DNA of 64,000 nt from an uncultured Bacteroidota bacterium (GTDB lineage: Bacteria; Bacteroidota; Bacteroidia; Chitinophagales; Chitinophagaceae). Position 1 is the first letter of the stretch; every line of letters starts with the position of its first letter. Made by a program: the position numbers and the translations under genes. The stretch spans positions 245 to 64,244 of the forward strand of contig CAIYTT010000014.1 of NCBI GenBank assembly GCA_903929195.1, given 5' to 3'. Shown here piece after piece: positions 57,454 to 64,000 of this stretch. The notes below the pieces were generated by a model, which had not been told where the DNA came from, did no database searches, and saw nothing but the letters and a program-made list of their open reading frames with translations.

Positions 57454-58665
57454 ATGACTAAGAAACCATACATATCTCCATCTTTTTCTTATGTGCCATT
57501 AGAAGAAACGTTACAAGTAGAACAAAAGAGAAAACAGCTTTTTATTGGTATTCCCAAAGAAACTTCGTTTCAGGAAAATAGAATTGCTCTAACTCCCGAG
57601 GCGGTTTCTGTTTTAGTAAATAATGGACATCAAGTTGCAGTAGAACATTGTGCAGGTGAAGGGTCTTTTTATTTTGATTCTGATTATAACGAAGCAGGAG
57701 CAAAAATAGTATATGATAAGGCAGACGTGTATAAAGCTACTACAATAATTAAATCTGCTCCCATTTCAGACGAAGAAGCATTGCTATTACAGCCCAATCA
57801 GGTAGTCTTTTCACCTATTCATTTACCAATGCTAAAAGCAGAAATCTTAGAACTATTATTAGCAAAAAGAATTATAGCGATAGCATTCGAATCTATTAGA
57901 GATGATGTTGGTACATTACCTATTGTACGCTCTATGAGCGAAATAGCAGGCAATTACAGCATACTTATTGCTGCAAGGTATTTAGGTAATACCGACAATG
58001 GCAAAGGTGTATTATTGGGTGGTATATCGGGTGTGCCACCTACAAGAGTTTTAATATTAGGGGCAGGTGTTGTTGGCGAATCTGCTGCAAGAGCCGCATT
58101 CGGTTTAGGTGCTTCTGTTAAGGTTTTCGACAATTCTATTTATAGACTTATGCGATTGCAAAATAATATAGGCAGGCGTTGCTTTACCTCTGTGTTAGAA
58201 CCGGTAACACTTGCCGAAGAATTACAAAATTGCGATGTTGCAGTTGGTGCATTAAAACCTATTAACGGCATTACACCCATGGTTGTAACCCAGCAAATGG
58301 TAAGTAACATGAAGGCAGGTTCTGTAATTATTGATGTAAGCATAGATAGAGGCGGCTGTTTTGAAACATCACGTATCACATCGCATGAGAAACCAATTTA
58401 TAAAGTTTATGATGTAATTCATTATTGTGTACCCAACATTGCATCTGCTGTTTCCAGAACTGCTTCTAGAGCAATAAGTAATGTTTTAATGCCACTATTG
58501 CAACAATGTACCGAAATGGGTGGTGTAGAAGAAATTATTACTGAAAAAAGCGGCATTAGAAAAGGTGTTTATGTATATAAAGGACGCATAACGAGTGCAC
58601 CAATTGCTAAAAGATTTAATTTAAAATATACAGATTTAGACCTTCTTTTAGCTACACATAGTTAG
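57454..58665 (+). CDS. alanine dehydrogenase / AlaDH-PNT family NAD-dependent dehydrogenase
   Basis: 'IGIPKE...ENRIALTPEAV..L...GHQVAVE..AGEGS.F.D..Y..AGAKI' and the Rossmann motif 'ILGAGVVGESAA'. Confidence 0.65.
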   Translation: MTKKPYISPSFSYVPLEETLQVEQKRKQLFIGIPKETSFQENRIALTPEAVSVLVNNGHQVAVEHCAGEGSFYFDSDYNEAGAKIVYDKADVYKATTIIKSAPISDEEALLLQPNQVVFSPIHLPMLKAEILELLLAKRIIAIAFESIRDDVGTLPIVRSMSEIAGNYSILIAARYLGNTDNGKGVLLGGISGVPPTRVLILGAGVVGESAARAAFGLGASVKVFDNSIYRLMRLQNNIGRRCFTSVLEPVTLAEELQNCDVAVGALKPINGITPMVVTQQMVSNMKAGSVIIDVSIDRGGCFETSRITSHEKPIYKVYDVIHYCVPNIASAVSRTASRAISNVLMPLLQQCTEMGGVEEIITEKSGIRKGVYVYKGRITSAPIAKRFNLKYTDLDLLLATHS

Positions 58666-58727
58666 TTTGTGTTTTATTTCTATTACAAAAAATTATTACT
58701 ACATACCGCCGAGAAATAAAAATTACT

Positions 58728-59087
58728 ATGCCTAATAACAGGATGAACAAATCGATAGCCGGCTACCATTTATTAATGATACTATCGGTAATTGATTTTG
58801 AAACTAGTGCCCGCGAAGATGAAATAATACAAGAATATATAAGTTATGAATTCCCTTTTTTTGTAAACTTAGACAAAGAAATGGAAAAAATAAGCAATTT
58901 GAAATCCGATGAATGGGAGAAACATTTTATAAAAGTCATGAATGATTATTATGACGATGCCACAGAAGCAGAACGTAATAACATTATACGTATTGCTATA
59001 AAATTAGCGATTGCAGATGGTATTATTTCAAAAGAAGAAAATTATTTCCTTAATTTATTAATTGAATGTATGGAACGTAAACGATAA
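58728..59087 (+). CDS. hypothetical protein, TerB-like fold suspected
   Basis: 119 aa, helical. 'RIAIKLAIADGIISKEENYFLNLL' resembles TerB/DjlA N-terminal-type repeats. The call is weak. Confidence 0.35.
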   Translation: MPNNRMNKSIAGYHLLMILSVIDFETSAREDEIIQEYISYEFPFFVNLDKEMEKISNLKSDEWEKHFIKVMNDYYDDATEAERNNIIRIAIKLAIADGIISKEENYFLNLLIECMERKR

Positions 59088-59771
59088 AATTTACTATACG
59101 TTTATTTTTCATTTATCATTCACCCCTTTTACTGCTTAAGGTTAACTACATAAAGTTTTAGCACCAATATTTTGTTTGCATAATAGAGACTCTTAATTCG
59201 ATTAGATGTTCAGCTATTATAGAAAAGTTATAAAAATTCATGCGCTTGTCTTTTTACCATTAAGTCCACTAGATTCTCAAAGTTCATTTTGTACTAATTT
59301 AGGATTTAATATTGTGTGTCCTAAGATGAATATTGTTGCCGAAGCTGAAAAAGTTCTTGTATTTTAGGTACAAACCACATATTGATAAAATATTTTATGA
59401 ATGCACAAAAAATCACTAAGATTTTTCACCTTTAGTTTTCAAAAAAAGAGAAAGCCGGCACTGCTTAGGTGCAACATACAAGCAATATAATTTGTAAAAT
59501 GGGATAAATTGTCTCTCCTAAAGGGAATAATATGAATCCGGAGTTATGATATTATTTTAACAAAATAGAATACAAAATCTTTCAAACCTAGAATAGGTGA
59601 AATAATTTACATATACTTAATAAAGCAATATTACCCTTTTAGATTCTATATTCATGACAAAATTGGGTGTTTTCTACAAAAAGAATGGTATAATATCAGG
59701 ATTTTGAATTGTAAAATAAATTTTCTCTTTTTGCATAACTAAATAATCATAATACCTATTTCTTATTGGTT

Positions 59772-60143
59772 CTATTTTTTCTTATTGATTCTATTTTTGT
59801 TATCTTCAACTCTATATTTCACTATTTCAGTAATTAATTCTAAAGGCATAGGTGCAGATAGCGGAAATTGAATAGCACCTTTACTAAACCTGTAACTTTT
59901 TAATTTATCATTGAATTTTTCTATTGCAATAGCTCTTGGATAGAAGCCTATGTGTTTGGCATGTGCTGCAAACCAAACGAGTATTCCATTGCATCTAAAA
60001 GCAGGCATACTATAGCTTATAATTTCCGTTGCATCAGGTGCTGCTGCTTTAATGGTTGTTCTTACTTCTTCTAAAACAAGTTGTATTTCTACCGGAAAAT
60101 TGGCAATATATTCGTCTATATTAGCTGGTTTTTTACTTACCAT
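59772..60143 (-). CDS. DUF1801 (YdhG-like) domain protein
   Basis: 'IDEYIANFP.EIQ..LEEVR..IK.AAPDA.E.ISY.MPAF' is the typical DUF1801 pattern. Confidence 0.6.
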   Translation of the reverse strand: MVSKKPANIDEYIANFPVEIQLVLEEVRTTIKAAAPDATEIISYSMPAFRCNGILVWFAAHAKHIGFYPRAIAIEKFNDKLKSYRFSKGAIQFPLSAPMPLELITEIVKYRVEDNKNRINKKK

Positions 60144-60176
60144 AAAAAGTATTTGTAATAATGTATAAAATATATT

Positions 60177-61814
60177 TTATTTTGGCAAGTTGTCTATTCT
60201 TTTACCTTTAGGATACTTAACCGTAAATCCGAAATTTAGATTTTTACTTTCATTTGCTTTTAAATTCAGAGTCCATTTTAATAAGCCTGTTGTTTCATCG
60301 TATTCAGCATCACCGGTGTTTTTCTCTTCCATTTCTATGTCTTTATCGTTACTTACAGGCAATTGGTCTTGAATAATTAAATTGATATTATCTTTTCTGG
60401 TATTGCGTGTTAGTATGCTGTACTCAAACGTTTCGCGAATATTTGTGCCAACTGTTTTTACACTTCTAAGTTTTTTATTTCTCTCTCTTTTTATTACCAC
60501 TTTTTTATCTCTGCCCAAAGAGATAGTCATTGTATCTACTGTGTTTTTTATATCAATAGTACCTTGCCCCACATACGTACCCTCATAAAAAATATTACTT
60601 GTTCCGGGCAATAGATTTAAGTCTTCCCAGTTAGTAATTTGTGCTTGCAAAAATACATCTTTATCTATTTTAGGTACTGCAAAATAACGATAAGTTGCCG
60701 GCACATCGTATTTTTTTATGGCTACTAAATGTTTTTGTCCGTCACTGGGTATGGTATAGGGTAAGTCAATATCAAAATTCGTATTTATGCCGGAGTTATC
60801 AACGTTTACATAATTGTTTATTGAAGATTCATCTAATGCTACTTCTTTCATATTCTGTCCTGCATTCGCAGATTTCAGGTGTTTTTCTGCTCTTGGTTTT
60901 GCAAAAGCTTGGCTTGGTATGTTGTTGTTATAATAAGGTTGTTGTGCAACATAAAAAGACAGATACCAGGGGCTTATAATCGGTGCTTGTGCCCCTTCGT
61001 TAGGATTGCCTGATGATAAGGATAGTCGTACATTATCCCATTTTATACCGCTGTTTTGATATACATTGGCTTTGTAGTATAATTTTACAGGTTGATTTAT
61101 GGCATCTACTCTAACATCATAAATAGGTGTCCAGCCGGCATTTGTTACATTGTAGCTAATAGTAATAGCCGATTTTGTTGCTGTTTCTGCATAGAATTTT
61201 ATTACTAATTGTCCGCCCGGTGGCACATCTTTTTTTCGTTCTTCATCAAGCTGTTTATTAAGTTTAACTATTGTTTCATCCATTTTTTTTTGTAGATTTT
61301 CTTCTCTATTTTTCTCATTAAGAATCAACTCCATTTTGCTGTTTATCAAATCTAATAATTTGCCCAACTCTGTTACAGACAACCCTGAAGCATTGCCCGA
61401 TACTTTTCTGTTTTCTTGCAACACGCTAATTTGCTCTGCAAGCACACTTATTTTTGTAGCTACTTGTTGTTTTTGCAACACAACCGTTTCTATACTGTCT
61501 TTTAATCCTTTTGCTTTATGCGATAAATTATCATTTAATAGATAATTATTCTGAAACGTAGCAGACTCTACAATAACGCCATCAGAAGCATTTACAGACA
61601 GGCTTTGATTATTTATGTTACCTGCAACGTTTGTAAACGTAATTTCATTCTCGCCTTTCGTTATGCCCACTTTTGCCGTACTTACAATTTGTGCCCCGCT
61701 AAGAAACACCGTGGCTTCTTCTACATTTAGTTTTTGTGTGTTTTGGGCAATACTACTATTAATGCAAAATAACAGTAGCAGGATACTTAATTGGGCTGTT
61801 TTTAAATAGTTCAT
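60177..61814 (-). CDS. DUF4139/DUF4140 (MuiA-like, TIGR02231-type) protein
   Basis: Signal peptide, 'ATVFLSGAQI', a central coiled coil, 'GWTPIYDVRV' and 'DVFLQAQITN..D..LLPG..NIF.EGTYVG' match the family layout. Confidence 0.65.
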   Translation of the reverse strand: MNYLKTAQLSILLLLFCINSSIAQNTQKLNVEEATVFLSGAQIVSTAKVGITKGENEITFTNVAGNINNQSLSVNASDGVIVESATFQNNYLLNDNLSHKAKGLKDSIETVVLQKQQVATKISVLAEQISVLQENRKVSGNASGLSVTELGKLLDLINSKMELILNEKNREENLQKKMDETIVKLNKQLDEERKKDVPPGGQLVIKFYAETATKSAITISYNVTNAGWTPIYDVRVDAINQPVKLYYKANVYQNSGIKWDNVRLSLSSGNPNEGAQAPIISPWYLSFYVAQQPYYNNNIPSQAFAKPRAEKHLKSANAGQNMKEVALDESSINNYVNVDNSGINTNFDIDLPYTIPSDGQKHLVAIKKYDVPATYRYFAVPKIDKDVFLQAQITNWEDLNLLPGTSNIFYEGTYVGQGTIDIKNTVDTMTISLGRDKKVVIKRERNKKLRSVKTVGTNIRETFEYSILTRNTRKDNINLIIQDQLPVSNDKDIEMEEKNTGDAEYDETTGLLKWTLNLKANESKNLNFGFTVKYPKGKRIDNLPK

Positions 61815-62079
61815 TTTATGTATATTTTATATTTATTTTAAAGATGAATGTTTTAATATTTGAATTGGGATATTGTATTTTTCATTTTAATATTATCATA
61901 TTCCGTGCCAAAAAAGAAGGAATTCTTTAATTTTTATATAAAACTACTATTTATCTTATAATGTATATTATTTGTACCTTTTGGAATTTAGAAGAAATTT
62001 AAAAGAATGACGATAAACATTTCAAATTGACATTGTAACTGTAAACTATTTTCTTAATTTTACCCACAAATTTTATACA

Positions 62080-62460
62080 ATGGAATACCCAAGCAATTTA
62101 CGTTACACCAAAGACCACGAATGGATTAAAACAGAAGGCAATATAGCTACTGTAGGTATTACTGATTTCGCACAACACGAATTAGGGGATATCGTATTTG
62201 TTGACATAGACACTAAAGGCAAGCCACTAAGTGCTAATGATATTTTTGGTACAGTTGAGGCTGTTAAAACAGTATCAGACCTTTATTTGCCTGTTAGCGG
62301 CACTATTATTGAAGTGAATGCCCTACTTGAAGGCAGCCCTGAAAGCGTAAATCAGGATCCTTATGGTAATGGCTGGATGATAAAAATGGAAATAGACAAT
62401 CCGGCTGAATTGGATAGTCTTTTAGATGCGGCAGCATACACACAACTTATTGGTGCATAA
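62080..62460 (+). CDS. gcvH: glycine cleavage system protein H
   Basis: '[10 protein letters not shown]', '[16 protein letters not shown]' and the lipoyl-lysine block '[15 protein letters not shown]'. Confidence 0.9.
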   Translation: MEYPSNLRYTKDHEWIKTEGNIATVGITDFAQHELGDIVFVDIDTKGKPLSANDIFGTVEAVKTVSDLYLPVSGTIIEVNALLEGSPESVNQDPYGNGWMIKMEIDNPAELDSLLDAAAYTQLIGA

Positions 62461-62464
62461 ATTA

Positions 62465-62860
62465 ATGTTACGGATATTTACTCCGGATTCACCATACAAA
62501 AAACAAGCAAGGTTCGTAGCCATACTATGGACCTTGTTTATATTAATAGGTTGTTTTGCACCTGCAAAGTCTATACCGGATGTTAAATTGCCACTAATTG
62601 ACAAATGGGTACATTTGGTACTCTTTGGCGGTTTTACTTTTCTATGGCTTACTGCTCGCCCCATAAGGAGTGCAATATGGCTTGTTACTCTTTTTTTTAT
62701 TGCAGTTGCATTAGGTGCAACAATAGAAATTTTGCAAGGTATCCTCACTTTTCTGCATAGAAGTATGGAATTTATGGATGCAGTAGCCGATAGTATAGGC
62801 GGGCTATTAGGCATTTTCGTGTTCAGCATATTTGCCTACTTTGCTGAGAAAAGAAAGTAG
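62465..62860 (+). CDS. VanZ family membrane protein
   Basis: Four TM helices with 'DKWVHLVLFGGFTFLW'. The start is taken at the ATG at 62465, 5 nt after the gcvH stop. The 62426 start would overlap gcvH by 35 nt. Confidence 0.6.
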   Translation: MLRIFTPDSPYKKQARFVAILWTLFILIGCFAPAKSIPDVKLPLIDKWVHLVLFGGFTFLWLTARPIRSAIWLVTLFFIAVALGATIEILQGILTFLHRSMEFMDAVADSIGGLLGIFVFSIFAYFAEKRK

Positions 62861-62869
62861 ATGTATATA

Positions 62870-64000
62870 CTATTTTACATACTTCCCAATAAAAGGCATT
62901 TTACTTAATTCTTTCTTTTCTACAAGTAATACCAACCTAATAAACAAATACATTAACACGGAGGCAGAAACAAGACGAACAAATACTTTGTCGGTTAAAT
63001 GCATTACTAATTTCTGCATAAAAAACAGTAGAAACATAACAAAAAGATAGGCGAGTAATTTTTTTGTGGAATAGGGTATTTTATAATATTTCTGTCCCAC
63101 TTTATAAGATACAATCATCATGCAAGTGTATGCAAAAAAGGTAGCCCAAGCACACGCATACATTCCGAATATAGGTATAAGTAGAAAATTTATTAATAAT
63201 GTTATAGTTGCTCCCATTAGCGTAATGTAAATTCCCATATACATCTTATCTGTTATTTTATACCATACCGAAAGATTATAGTAAATACCTAAAGATACAT
63301 TAGCAGCCAGCAGAATAGGTACAACACCTAAGCCACCCCAATAAACTCTATCAACAAAATATTTTATTATGTCTATATAGAGTGTAGTAAATAAAAAAGC
63401 TAAGCATAAGGTAATTACAAACCATTTCATAACCCTAGCGTATGTTTTGGGTGCGTTCTTGTCTTCTGCCTGACTAAAAAAGAAGGGCTCGGCAGACATT
63501 TTAAATGCTTGAATAAAAAGAGTAATAAATATTGCAATTTTATAATTGGCAGCATAATAAGCTACTTCCATTTTCGCATGTAGTGTGTCTAAAGGAATCA
63601 GTTTGCGTAACATGGGTCTGTCAAGTGTTTCATTTACCATGCCCCCTAAGCCTACAATTATCATAGGGTAACAATAAGCAATGAGCCTTTTCCATAAATT
63701 CGTATCAAATTTAAATCTCCATTCTTTCCACTCACCAATTAAGAGTAAGAAAGTAAAAAGAGATTGTGCAAGATTTGCAAGTATCAGAAAACCTACATTG
63801 GTATTTTGCAAGTACCATTTAGAAAAAGCGGAATTCGGGTTATTGTCCACTTTTTCCGGACAGTAAGCTATTAAATAGATTACTAAAAACAAATTTACAA
63901 AAATACCGGCAACACGAATAAAGGCATATTTGCGGGGTTTACCATCTTGCCTTAATTTGGCAAAAGGAATAGCCGCCATTGTATCGGCAGCAATAATTAA
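62870..64000 (-). CDS. MOP-superfamily polysaccharide/oligosaccharide flippase (Wzx-like), 3' part; the gene continues beyond the window
   Basis: Polytopic membrane protein. The frame stays open upstream of the listed Met at 63979 through base 64000 ('LIIAADTMAAIPFAKLR'). Confidence 0.65.
   Translation of the reverse strand, partial: LIIAADTMAAIPFAKLRQDGKPRKYAFIRVAGIFVNLFLVIYLIAYCPEKVDNNPNSAFSKWYLQNTNVGFLILANLAQSLFTFLLLIGEWKEWRFKFDTNLWKRLIAYCYPMIIVGLGGMVNETLDRPMLRKLIPLDTLHAKMEVAYYAANYKIAIFITLFIQAFKMSAEPFFFSQAEDKNAPKTYARVMKWFVITLCLAFLFTTLYIDIIKYFVDRVYWGGLGVVPILLAANVSLGIYYNLSVWYKITDKMYMGIYITLMGATITLLINFLLIPIFGMYACAWATFFAYTCMMIVSYKVGQKYYKIPYSTKKLLAYLFVMFLLFFMQKLVMHLTDKVFVRLVSASVLMYLFIRLVLLVEKKELSKMPFIGKYVK

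Noticed and set aside
61815-62079. Glycine riboswitch upstream of gcvH, and an M-box upstream of mgtE (38318-38726)
   Set aside because: Both leaders are AT-rich and lack the conserved GC-rich cores of those riboswitch classes.
62422-62829. 135-aa minus-strand ORF overlapping the VanZ gene
   Set aside because: The plus-strand product has the VanZ motif and 4 TM helices and follows gcvH, a common pairing. The antisense ORF has no features.
1-64000. tRNA, rRNA or tmRNA genes
   Set aside because: By-eye scanning found no T-arm-like GGTTCGAAT/GGTTCAAAT motifs with matching acceptor stems, no tmRNA tag-reading-frame signature and no rRNA-like conserved blocks. A tRNAscan or Infernal run would be needed to be definitive.

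Overview
Low-GC (about 35% by eye) chromosomal segment with clear Bacteroidota hallmarks: many C-terminal T9SS sorting domains, a PorP/SprF gene, BatB/BatC-like genes, TAnnTTTG-type -7 boxes and no Shine-Dalgarno signals. I can support about 44 protein genes. Housekeeping genes (gpmI, rny, ychF, mgtE, pdxJ, pyk, gcvH, trmB, phnA, RidA, an Ldh_2 oxidoreductase, an AlaDH-family gene) alternate with eight predicted T9SS cargo genes. Two of the cargo genes encode giant repeat-built adhesins (1295 and 1635 aa). Also present are a 1434-aa CheB-CheR-PAS-histidine kinase-receiver-Hpt fusion, one intact IS4/IS1634-like insertion sequence with perfect 19-bp terminal inverted repeats, and a decayed DUF433/DUF5615 toxin-antitoxin pair. 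I found no rRNA, tRNA or CRISPR array. The most unusual part is 20.6-27.7 kb. Two inverted copies of a ~190-bp element, each built from three copies of a 24-nt perfect palindrome, bracket a 6.3-kb block (IS, rny, C40 peptidase, lipoprotein gene). A second ~97-bp repeat family with a covarying hairpin occurs four times inside the same block, next to a 765-bp ORF-free, strand-skewed tract. All product calls come from motif recognition by eye. No database search was run.
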